Of a DNA stretch of 64,000 nucleotides, positions 39,860 to 48,015 are shown in pieces. The stretch comes from a virus. Taxonomy: Duplodnaviria; Caudoviricetes. Both the position numbers and the translations under genes were made by a program. The notes under the pieces were generated by a model. It was not told the DNA's origin, did not search any database, and was given only the letters and a program-made list of their open reading frames with translations. The DNA is taken from positions 14,409 through 78,408 of the IMG/VR virus record IMGVR_UViG_3300020161_000515; one strand, 5' to 3'. The first letter of the stretch is position 1, and every line of letters starts with the position of its first letter.

Positions 39860-39975
39860 TTGATTAAAAACATAGCGAGAATTTCAACGTCAGTCGGTCA
39901 AATTTCAACGATATTTTGAAAGTAATACCATCGTAGCACCAAGCTATTAAGCCGCTTAAAACGGCTTAAATTGAC
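39860..39975 (-). repeat. Dispersed structured intergenic element, copy 3 (inverted relative to copies 1 and 2)
   Basis: The minus strand reads aatttaagccgttttaagcggctt...ggtgctacgatggtattactt...tgacc...aaat...gctatgtt, colinear with copy 1. Confidence 0.85.
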
Positions 39976-39992
39976 ACGATCTTGATATTGAT

Positions 39993-40021
39993 ATTATATA
40001 TAAAATTCAGGTAGCAATCAA
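39993..40021 (-). promoter_or_regulatory. Sigma70-like promoter upstream of the tail assembly chaperone
   Basis: Minus strand TTGATT-17 bp-TATAAT (perfect -10, 4/6 -35) in an intergenic gap. Confidence 0.55.
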
Positions 40022-40027
40022 GGATTA

Positions 40028-40540
40028 TTATGATCTTACTTTAAAGATCAATTTGTCCTTAAAACGATTATAAAGACCAGCAGGACTGATCTGAGTATCT
40101 ACTGAATATCCACCCAAATTCAAAAATCTTGCTACCAGTGTACTACATACCTCGCCTTTGAAGTCAGGCAGTTTAAGTTTCAAACTTTCACCTAAACCAA
40201 TGCTTATAAAGTCTCCGTAAGCATACGGAACTTTACCTGTGCTTTCGATCAAATGTGGGGACAATTTAACAAAGTCTATGTCCAATCTGAATAAGTCGAA
40301 GTCACAATAAGTAGACAAAGATACTATCCGTTGACCACCAATATGCTGCTCTAACACCATCCATCTAACTTCTTCTCCAACACGAATACTGAAGACAATT
40401 GCTGCATGAAAGTATGGTGATTTAGTCCACAGTTTCGTAACCTTACTCATCAAATTACCTTTTCCTTTGACTAAGATAAAATCTCCACTTTTTAAGAAAG
40501 GTCTTATATCTGTATATTTAGAATAAAGAATAGTTTCCAT
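40028..40540 (-). CDS. Permuted papain-like (NlpC/P60, YiiX/YebB-like) amidase (170 aa)
   Basis: KSGDFILVKG...WTKSPYFHAAIV (His) precedes KVPYAY...EVCSTLVARF (Cys), which is the circularly permuted order. Confidence 0.8.
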   Translation of the reverse strand: METILYSKYTDIRPFLKSGDFILVKGKGNLMSKVTKLWTKSPYFHAAIVFSIRVGEEVRWMVLEQHIGGQRIVSLSTYCDFDLFRLDIDFVKLSPHLIESTGKVPYAYGDFISIGLGESLKLKLPDFKGEVCSTLVARFLNLGGYSVDTQISPAGLYNRFKDKLIFKVRS

Positions 40541-40543
40541 AAG

Positions 40544-41374
40544 TTACACCGTATGATTTCTATACATCCCAACAATAAAACAAGCCCTTAAATTATCCGT
40601 AGTATTCATGTTTTCAACTTTAAAACGGATCTTATAAGGGTAAGGAATCATTTGTGGCTCTGGAGCCTCAATATGCCCGTAATGAGAATCTCTCATCATT
40701 GCGTAGCTGGTTATGAACCTGTTTACCAATGTTTCGGTAGGTAAAATAAAATACTTACCTGTTCCGGTAGCATTAGGCACCCATGATCCATTGTAATCAT
40801 TATTACCACCAGTTCCGTTTGGTGCTGGGAATGGTATTCCAGCAGGACAGATAATTTCAACACTGAAATGGCAATGATCTTCTACGCCCCAATAATGTAC
40901 CTGACAATCCTTAATCCAAACATCTTCAAGGAACTGCATATCGTTTTGATATTCTTCACCAGGAGGAATCAAGAACGTCATATGATTGCCTTCACCAATC
41001 GTATGATTAACAAGATCGTCACCTTTACTTGAGTAGTACCATAATTTGTCTTTTGGTCTATCTGAAGTGGTACATATCTGATTACCGTCTTTAGTTACTT
41101 GAGATACAATTGTATTGGCAGATAATATTGTAAGGTGAGCGCAAGAAGTAGAAGCTCCTGAACCTAAATTTTGTTTAAGATCAAGAGCTGCCTGAACAGC
41201 AGAAGAGATGGGCTTGTTAATGTCAGAAGTATTGTCTACATTGCCAAGACCTATATTTTCTTTTGTTAAGATTGAAGGATCTAGATCTTCCAACAATACC
41301 GTATAGTTCTTAATATCTGCCGTTGTTACAGTATCGTCACGAATCTGTGCGCCGGTTATTGTAGTCGTAGGCAT
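40544..41374 (-). CDS. Putative fibre/appendage protein (276 aa)
   Basis: N-terminal TITGAQIRDDTVT motif; tail-fibre repeat ENIGLGNVDNTSDINKPISSAVQAALDLK. Confidence 0.6.
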   Translation of the reverse strand: MPTTTITGAQIRDDTVTTADIKNYTVLLEDLDPSILTKENIGLGNVDNTSDINKPISSAVQAALDLKQNLGSGASTSCAHLTILSANTIVSQVTKDGNQICTTSDRPKDKLWYYSSKGDDLVNHTIGEGNHMTFLIPPGEEYQNDMQFLEDVWIKDCQVHYWGVEDHCHFSVEIICPAGIPFPAPNGTGGNNDYNGSWVPNATGTGKYFILPTETLVNRFITSYAMMRDSHYGHIEAPEPQMIPYPYKIRFKVENMNTTDNLRACFIVGMYRNHTV

Positions 41375-41450
41375 TATTTTCCCATAGATACTAATAGTTA
41401 GATTTAATATCCTTCAATTATAAACAATTTATAAATTTAGTAAAGAACTA

Positions 41451-42293
41451 TTACAAAGATGTAGTTCTATAACTAACTAATAAACTATCTACTGATTGCG
41501 GAACCATATCATTCGAGAATGTTATGGTATCAGCAGCAATAGTGTAGTCTACTGTTCCGCCAGCGTTCATAAGCATCCCATTTAGGAATACATGTTCGCT
41601 GTTGGCATCTGGAGTATGTGATAGTACAAACTGTTTGTTTACACCATCCATACTTCCGGTTATGCCAGAACCTATGGTCTGTTTATCATAGAACGTTGTA
41701 GCAGATGCGGCAGCAACAGCACCAGAAACAGCTTCTGAAACAGTCTTACCAATGTAAACATAGGCTTGAACTGTGCCAGTTGATCCATAATTAATCATTG
41801 AAGCAGGTACGTCAGTTTCCTGAGTAACTACACCAGCGAAACAATCTATAAACCAATCAGATGAATCTAATGGGGTTGTTTCTGTTGCACCGTTGAACAA
41901 CTTGGGTCGGTACGCCGCCCCAGCAGAAGCAGGAATGATGTTCCCGATTCTATCATTGGCAGCATAAGCGACACCTGTTCTTGGATTTATTTTACCCACC
42001 AAATCGGCAGGTACTGTAGAATCCAGATAGCAGAAGTAAGCTGAAGGAGTACCAGTCCCATCGGTTCCAGATACAGCAGTCAATTTCAATGTTAATAAAC
42101 TGGATACTATTCCAGCATTACTAGCATGAGCAGGATCTGTAGCATGGAACTTTTCAGCCCAAGAGAACTGTCCCATCGAAATGGGTAAAGTTCCTTCTGG
42201 TTCGTTAAAAGACTCACGACCATTATTGGTATGAATCTTACCTAGTGCCAGCTTGTAGGCGATATTGGCTTTTGTTTGATCTGTAAATGACAT
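41451..42293 (-). CDS. Putative virion appendage protein (280 aa)
   Basis: C-terminal DGVNKQFVLSHTP...VFLNG...DYTI...ITF domain shared with 51491-52732. Confidence 0.6.
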   Translation of the reverse strand: MSFTDQTKANIAYKLALGKIHTNNGRESFNEPEGTLPISMGQFSWAEKFHATDPAHASNAGIVSSLLTLKLTAVSGTDGTGTPSAYFCYLDSTVPADLVGKINPRTGVAYAANDRIGNIIPASAGAAYRPKLFNGATETTPLDSSDWFIDCFAGVVTQETDVPASMINYGSTGTVQAYVYIGKTVSEAVSGAVAAASATTFYDKQTIGSGITGSMDGVNKQFVLSHTPDANSEHVFLNGMLMNAGGTVDYTIAADTITFSNDMVPQSVDSLLVSYRTTSL

Positions 42294-42305
42294 GATCTAT
42301 TCTCC

Positions 42306-44252
42306 TTATAGCCAAGTTAATGCAATGTTAGAAATCTTACCAGTCCATGTAGGACTTGCAGTAATTCTAACTACGATAACTTTACCAGAAGTAGAAGTAT
42401 TTTTAGAACCAAGTGTCAAGCCCCAGTTTGTTGGTCTGGAATTTCCAAAGGTACTAGCATAACATCCAATATCTGTATCATTGCCGCTATGAGCCACACA
42501 AGCATCTTTCCATTCAACCGTACCACCAGCATTCTTCGTAGTATTAGGAGCTAATACTTCTAATGTTACGTTGGTCCCACTAGCACCTGTAGCAACAGGA
42601 ACAAATGTAGTTCCGGTAGCAGTAACATTAAGTCTGAAGTTGCTTCTGGACGCAGCATCATAAAAATATCGAAGATAAGTTCTGTTTCCAGATGCTGTTG
42701 AATAGTTTGGATTTGAACCGTATCCATTTGCAGCCGCCGAGAAGTCTCCATTGGTAATAGTTCCAATGTGTGAAGTAGCCTTAGGATAGGTCAACTCACC
42801 AAATGAAACAAGCAATCCAGATACATGATTTGCATTACCAGTTAACAAGTTCTGAGCTGAATCCCAAGTGTAGGATGAAGCACCCATTCCACCTGCGCCA
42901 TAGCTAGTATCTGTTAACGAAATTCCACCATGAATACGGAAGCCTTCACCGTTGAAAGTCTCGGTTGTTACGTTAGCATCATCTGCCACTGAGTCTAACA
43001 ACAATCCAGTGATGGATGCTGAACCAGATGTCAGTGTAGATTGAACTGTTCGCAAGACGGAAGTGGTCAATGAAAACCCTACGTTGTAAAGTCTGCTATT
43101 GTTGACAGTAACAGTCTTTCCAGTTAAGATCACATCGTCTGTATAAGCGTTAGCAGCAGGCATAGACTGTGCAGCAGCAGTACAGTTAGTTCCGTTAAAT
43201 GAGATAGCGGAAGCACTGGCAGAGTAGGTATTCTTGTAAGCGTTTGAGATCGTAATAGCGTAACTTGCAGTTGCGCCAGTATGATATCTTACACCTGACA
43301 AGTATTTACTTCCAGTTGCATTTAACGCAGATAAAGCACCTGTGTTAAATGCTGTTGCAGTTGCATCGTTGTCCACAATCCAGGAAGTAACGTTAGTGTC
43401 ACGATACAAGCCTGTGGCATATTCGTGTCTAACTCTTACTGAGTTGTAGCCAGGACGCATAGAAGCAGCAGCAACGTTGACAGTTCCAGTTCTGTATTTA
43501 AACAAATCTAAGAATGTACCTTTGTCAAATTTAACAGCGGTAGCAGTAGTTAAATTGAATCCAGAACCATTTGCGTTTACTGATGCTCCAGAAGCGAAAG
43601 CTGTTAAATCCACTGAGTGGACAACAGTTCCATTAACTTCTAAATGCAACGTACCTTTATCACCGTCACCAAACGCATAGTTTGGATGAGGACGATCATT
43701 GGTATAGTTAGGTACAACATTCTGAGCCAGGGTAGCTGTAACAGCCGTAGCAGCATTGATAATACCTCTAATATCACCAGCAGGTGAGTAAGAGCTGTTA
43801 ATCAGTGACGATGGATGGCTTGTTAAACCTGGAATAGAATGTGACGGGTCAAAGCTAAGTTTACCTGATACTCCAGCAGTTGCAGAAGTAGCGTTAACTA
43901 AGTTTGGAGCCGGGCTTGGAGCCAATGCACCTAAGATCTCATTGAAACGGTCTACAGCCGTACCAATGGGAGTGGTTGGAACGAAGTCGGTAAAGATCCC
44001 GTCAACATATTGCCCATCTTCAGCAGCGCCTATAACGCCGCTTGCTTGAGCAGAGAATGTTTGTAAATATCTTTTATTAACAACGTCCAAATCGTTTACA
44101 GGATCAGGAATACCAGTGATAGTACCCGGATCAACTGTGTTGCCGTCATTGATGTTCCAATCTTGCGATTTAAGGAAATCTAATTCCAGCCTTCCCAGAT
44201 CAAGAGTATTACCTCTTATCTGTTCTTTTGCGTGAATAGTTGATCTAGACAT
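42306..44252 (-). CDS. Putative tail fibre/appendage protein (648 aa)
   Basis: N-terminal TIHAKEQIRGNTL motif, fibre motif ITGIPDPVNDLDVVNKRY, and an Ala/Thr/Ser/Gly-rich beta body. Confidence 0.65.
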   Translation of the reverse strand: MSRSTIHAKEQIRGNTLDLGRLELDFLKSQDWNINDGNTVDPGTITGIPDPVNDLDVVNKRYLQTFSAQASGVIGAAEDGQYVDGIFTDFVPTTPIGTAVDRFNEILGALAPSPAPNLVNATSATAGVSGKLSFDPSHSIPGLTSHPSSLINSSYSPAGDIRGIINAATAVTATLAQNVVPNYTNDRPHPNYAFGDGDKGTLHLEVNGTVVHSVDLTAFASGASVNANGSGFNLTTATAVKFDKGTFLDLFKYRTGTVNVAAASMRPGYNSVRVRHEYATGLYRDTNVTSWIVDNDATATAFNTGALSALNATGSKYLSGVRYHTGATASYAITISNAYKNTYSASASAISFNGTNCTAAAQSMPAANAYTDDVILTGKTVTVNNSRLYNVGFSLTTSVLRTVQSTLTSGSASITGLLLDSVADDANVTTETFNGEGFRIHGGISLTDTSYGAGGMGASSYTWDSAQNLLTGNANHVSGLLVSFGELTYPKATSHIGTITNGDFSAAANGYGSNPNYSTASGNRTYLRYFYDAASRSNFRLNVTATGTTFVPVATGASGTNVTLEVLAPNTTKNAGGTVEWKDACVAHSGNDTDIGCYASTFGNSRPTNWGLTLGSKNTSTSGKVIVVRITASPTWTGKISNIALTWL

Positions 44253-44265
44253 GAGGAGTTCTCAA

Positions 44266-44622
44266 TTAGACGATTGAAACTAATCCAGATACTGCAATTT
44301 CAGAAGCAGTTGCAACATACAAGACACCTTCCACAACAGTAGCTTTATGCTCTACTGGAATGTTATCACTCACCCATTGAATAAAGTCAGCAGGCGGTGT
44401 TTCACTAGCATAGAAGAAGTAAGGGTCGATGACTTCTTCTCTGAAGGTAGTGACTTCTTGTTCTTCAACAATGTCAGCACCAACAGTTAAAACAGTAACT
44501 CCATCATCAGCCATAACGTCTGGGTTTTTGCCCACAACAACTGGTTGAATTGATTTTTCTTCGTGTTGGATAACTTGAAGACCTTTTCCAAACACATCAA
44601 ATAATTCTTCTTTAGTTTTCAT
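44266..44622 (-). CDS. Hypothetical acidic protein (118 aa)
   Basis: RBS-like AGGAAAAGGT before the ATG; codon use like its neighbours; no motif recognised. Confidence 0.6.
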   Translation of the reverse strand: MKTKEELFDVFGKGLQVIQHEEKSIQPVVVGKNPDVMADDGVTVLTVGADIVEEQEVTTFREEVIDPYFFYASETPPADFIQWVSDNIPVEHKATVVEGVLYVATASEIAVSGLVSIV

Positions 44623-44680
44623 ACCTTTTCCTATATTGGAGTTAAAACGAAATATAAGCTCTTATATTGTATCAGGGATT

Positions 44681-45142
44681 TTAAGATCCCCAAACGAATT
44701 TTGCGTTTCTAGCATTTACAACCTCATCCATTAGTGCAGAGATTAATGACTCAAAAACACCTGTAGCAGCAAACTCTGTGTCATCGCTTACCCCTTGAAG
44801 AGTAGGTGTAGAGAAGTTTGTCAGCCAGTAGATATTTTGTGAAACAGAGTTGCTAGAATTTGTACTAGCATAAAGCGGTGTAGTAAATTCTAGAACATCA
44901 GAACCTACCGGAGTGCTTAATGAAAAGTTAGTCAGCCAGTAGATATTTTGTGAAACAGAGTTGTTAGAATTTGTACTAGCATAAAGCGGTGTTGAAAACT
45001 CCAACGTATCTGATCCAACAGGAGAACTTACTGAGAAGTTTGTCAACCAGTAAATGTTCTGTGAAATAGCATTGTTAGAATCTGTACTAGCATAAAGCGG
45101 TGTATTAAATTCTAAAGTGTCAGTATCACCTTGATCCGCCAT
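44681..45142 (-). CDS. Small repeat protein ending FVWGS (153 aa)
   Basis: Three 37-aa repeats; GGAGAACGTT RBS. Confidence 0.7.
   Translation of the reverse strand: MADQGDTDTLEFNTPLYASTDSNNAISQNIYWLTNFSVSSPVGSDTLEFSTPLYASTNSNNSVSQNIYWLTNFSLSTPVGSDVLEFTTPLYASTNSSNSVSQNIYWLTNFSTPTLQGVSDDTEFAATGVFESLISALMDEVVNARNAKFVWGS
44810..45121 (-). repeat. Three tandem 111-bp (37-aa) repeats
   Basis: gtactagcataaagcggtgt recurs at 44862, 44973 and 45084 (period 111); peptide DxLEFxTPLYASTxSxNxxSQNIYWLTNFS. Confidence 0.9.
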
Positions 45143-45152
45143 AACGTTCTCC

Positions 45153-46307
45153 TTATGCTGGGATTATAAAATTGTTGCCTAAGTAGTAATGAGCCAAAAC
45201 AGATCCTGATTCAGAATGAAACTGTTCTGCGTCAACTTTAACATTGACTGTATCCAACATAGCCCAATCCTTTCCCATGCCAGCTATTTTAATACCAAAC
45301 ATTCTGCCTCGGTATGTCTTAAGGGCATTACAATTTGTCAGATCCATTTCAAGAACATGAGGTGTTATACAATACGGCAAACTTGTTGATGGGTTATTGC
45401 CAGTTGGAAGTATGTCGATAATAGTCTGAGACATCATCATACCATTAGTTCCATTACCATACTGCCAGTTATCAAACTCAGTATAAACAATAGCATTCTG
45501 GCCTTGAGGAGAAGTATAACTGGCATTATTAGTGGACGAAATGGCGCAAATCTTAGGATGAGAATACATGACCTGAAGATTAGAAACTCTTTCAGCGTTA
45601 TCACCTGTATCACCTGAGGTTGTTCTAGGCAAAGATAAGTATCTGTATCCTATGTTAGCAGTACCAGCAGCGTCTTTCATCGTAAGCATGGATACGATAT
45701 TGTAGACATTGACAGGCATATTAGATAAGGATGCTGGTACTTGAGATCCACCATTTCCAGAGAATGTAGTGAAATATCCAAAATTTGGATACGTTCCGGC
45801 AACTTCTCCATTATCAAGAGAAAACTCAACACAACCTATCGCAAAAGGTTTACTTGAGGCTGAGGGAACATATGAAGCGGAATATCCCCAGTTGCCATTG
45901 CTATTTATTCTAGATAAAAGAATAAGATATCTAGAATTGGCAAAAATGTAAAGATACCCACCGTTAACAGTATCCATAGATAATGATCTGTAAGTAGATC
46001 CTTTATAAAGATACGCCTCATTCGTTCCTACATGAGAAGTTGCATTCCAGTTCTCAAAAACTCTTATTACTAAGGATGGGTTTCCTGAAGAGTAATACTC
46101 TAGTAAAACGTATTTAAACTTTGAAGGATATTGAGAAAGTGGAGCTTTGTAAACCCTTCCACTATTTGGAGCGTTTTCGTCATGCAGTTCCCAACCATGA
46201 GCAACGATAACATCTTCAACAGACTGTTTAATAGCAGGTACTGTTTCGCCTGCTGTATATGCTACATACCACGAATTACTTCCTAGTGCTTGTGTGTTAA
46301 TTGTCAT
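45153..46307 (-). CDS. Tandem paralog P4, putative receptor-binding/virion protein (384 aa)
   Basis: MTINTQALGSNSWYVAYTAGET...GWELHD...FENWNATSHVGTNE...RGRMFGIK...DTVNVKVD...HYYLGNNFIIPA. Confidence 0.7.
   Translation of the reverse strand: MTINTQALGSNSWYVAYTAGETVPAIKQSVEDVIVAHGWELHDENAPNSGRVYKAPLSQYPSKFKYVLLEYYSSGNPSLVIRVFENWNATSHVGTNEAYLYKGSTYRSLSMDTVNGGYLYIFANSRYLILLSRINSNGNWGYSASYVPSASSKPFAIGCVEFSLDNGEVAGTYPNFGYFTTFSGNGGSQVPASLSNMPVNVYNIVSMLTMKDAAGTANIGYRYLSLPRTTSGDTGDNAERVSNLQVMYSHPKICAISSTNNASYTSPQGQNAIVYTEFDNWQYGNGTNGMMMSQTIIDILPTGNNPSTSLPYCITPHVLEMDLTNCNALKTYRGRMFGIKIAGMGKDWAMLDTVNVKVDAEQFHSESGSVLAHYYLGNNFIIPA
46242..46307 (-). repeat. Perfect 66-bp direct repeat, copy A (5' end of P4)
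   Basis: Identical to 47408-47473, including synonymous positions. Confidence 0.9.
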
Positions 46308-46318
46308 AAAGATACCTA

Positions 46319-47473
46319 TTAAGCTGGAATTACTACATTATTACCAAGATAATAATGAGAATGAGAAGTTCCTAAAGAACTGTGAAACAAATCAGAGTCA
46401 ACTAAAACATTAACCGAATCCAGCCAGTTCCAATTTTTACCCATTCCGGCGTACTTAACACCAAACATTCTGCCTCTGTATGATGACACCTTGTTAACAT
46501 CAGCCGTACTCATCTCAATTACTCTGGGAGTGATACACCAAGGCATGTTAGTAAGAGAGTTATTGCCAGTTGGAAGTATGTCTTTAACGTTCCAAGAAAA
46601 AATAGGAGCTACTCTATCTATAGTATAATATGAAGGATATGCTGCCATGTACTGATTATATCCACCAGGACCTGCTACATAACAACCACTACCCCAAGGA
46701 CAATGAAAGAACGCTGATTTTTTTATAGTTGATCGCGGGTGGTCGTATAATGCCTGAACGTTAGACTTTCTTTCTGCTAGAACAGACAGTGATCCATCAA
46801 CTGATCTTGGGATACTCAAATATCTAAAACCAATGACTGGGCAACTAGCAAAGCTTGTATCAGTGTAATTAACTCCACCTTTAGCAATTCCTGAAAATTG
46901 AGCCGGAGTGTGAAGATTTCCATTAAGAGAATTAGAACTGAATAATCCAAAGTTAGGATACGTTCCAACTGTTTCAAAATCATTTTCAATTGCGAATTCT
47001 ACACAGCCCGTAGCAAACTGGTACGCCAGGTTTCCATATCCCCAATAGCCAGTTGAGATTATCTTATTTAAGAATATAGCATATCTTGCTGTAGCGAAGA
47101 TATAAATATATCCTCCACCAACTAAATCAATCCCTTGTGAGCCATAATACCAACCTGCTGGATTACTAAACGCAGACCCATTAAGAGCACACTCATTTGT
47201 TCCAACGTGTGTTGAGGCATTCCAAGTTTCAAATACTCTGGGAGCCATGTATGAAGCATTGCTCCAATCAAGCATCAAATATTTGAATGTGCCTGAGTTG
47301 GCTACAGGCGCCTTGTAAACGATTTTATCAGTCCCTGCGGCTGAGTCATGCACTGACCAGCCAGCGTTTAAAATAACCGCCTCAACGGCTGTTTTAAGGG
47401 CAGAAGTTGTTTCGCCTGCTGTATATGCTACATACCACGAATTACTTCCTAGTGCTTGTGTGTTAATTGTCAT
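46319..47473 (-). CDS. Tandem paralog P3, putative receptor-binding/virion protein (384 aa)
   Basis: Same termini and length as P4, with a divergent middle. Confidence 0.7.
   Translation of the reverse strand: MTINTQALGSNSWYVAYTAGETTSALKTAVEAVILNAGWSVHDSAAGTDKIVYKAPVANSGTFKYLMLDWSNASYMAPRVFETWNASTHVGTNECALNGSAFSNPAGWYYGSQGIDLVGGGYIYIFATARYAIFLNKIISTGYWGYGNLAYQFATGCVEFAIENDFETVGTYPNFGLFSSNSLNGNLHTPAQFSGIAKGGVNYTDTSFASCPVIGFRYLSIPRSVDGSLSVLAERKSNVQALYDHPRSTIKKSAFFHCPWGSGCYVAGPGGYNQYMAAYPSYYTIDRVAPIFSWNVKDILPTGNNSLTNMPWCITPRVIEMSTADVNKVSSYRGRMFGVKYAGMGKNWNWLDSVNVLVDSDLFHSSLGTSHSHYYLGNNVVIPA
47408..47473 (-). repeat. Perfect 66-bp direct repeat, copy B (5' end of P3)
   Basis: Identical to 46242-46307; offset 1166 bp. 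Confidence 0.9.
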
Positions 47474-47683
47474 TTAAGACCCCCATGAAAAGCTTAATGT
47501 GCGAACAGGAACTACTTTATAACTGGCCTTCAGCATGTTAGGTGAAAGAGTATCACCTAAATTAGCGAACAGTATTTTCTGTTCTTGAGAAGTCAGAAAT
47601 TGTCTTCCAAATGTGTTAGAGTTTACTGTTGTATTATCTGATGCAACAGAGTTTGGGGAATAAAAAGAACCAAGAGATGCCAT
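47474..47683 (-). CDS. Small protein MASLGSF...FSWGS (69 aa)
   Basis: The ATG at 47683 overlaps the upstream stop (TAATG), so it is preferred over the track start at 47695; termini match 47683-48006. Confidence 0.65.
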   Translation of the reverse strand: MASLGSFYSPNSVASDNTTVNSNTFGRQFLTSQEQKILFANLGDTLSPNMLKASYKVVPVRTLSFSWGS

Positions 47684-48006
47684 TATTTCCCCCAACTAAA
47701 TTTTGTTAGAATTATTTCTTGTAAATCAGGAAGTCCTGTACTCACAAAAAGCCCATCAAAAGGGCCTTTTGGAGTGAAGAACATTTTAAGTCTTGAAGCA
47801 GATACAAACAATGAAGCTAGAACAGAATCATTTGTAGCGTAGTTGTTTGGCAGAGCAGGATCAAAAACAGGTTCCATCACTCCCTTAGGAGTGAAGAACA
47901 TATTTAATCTTGATGACGAGACAAACATAGCAACAGATTGCTGATTAGTGGTGTTTGTGCTTCCCACTAAATTATCTATAACTTCAAATGATCCTAGACT
48001 AGCCAT
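47683..48006 (-). CDS. Small protein MASLGSF...FSWGK with two internal repeats (107 aa)
   Basis: FVSSSRLNMFFTPKG / FVSASRLKMFFTPKG, DNA period 117 bp. Confidence 0.7.
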   Translation of the reverse strand: MASLGSFEVIDNLVGSTNTTNQQSVAMFVSSSRLNMFFTPKGVMEPVFDPALPNNYATNDSVLASLFVSASRLKMFFTPKGPFDGLFVSTGLPDLQEIILTKFSWGK

Positions 48007-48015
48007 AAACCCTTC

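Noticed and set aside
18076-39975. Programmed DNA inversion between oppositely oriented element copies
   Set aside because: No recombinase in the window, identity between the copies is patchy, and inversion would flip essential tail genes against the operon.
41375-41450. Promoter TTTACT-16-TATAAT on the minus strand
   Set aside because: Very AT-rich gap, suboptimal spacing and weak -35; too likely to be chance.
44810-45121. CRISPR-like array
   Set aside because: The 111-bp units are in-frame coding repeats whose intervening sequence is also homologous; there are no unique spacers and no cas genes.
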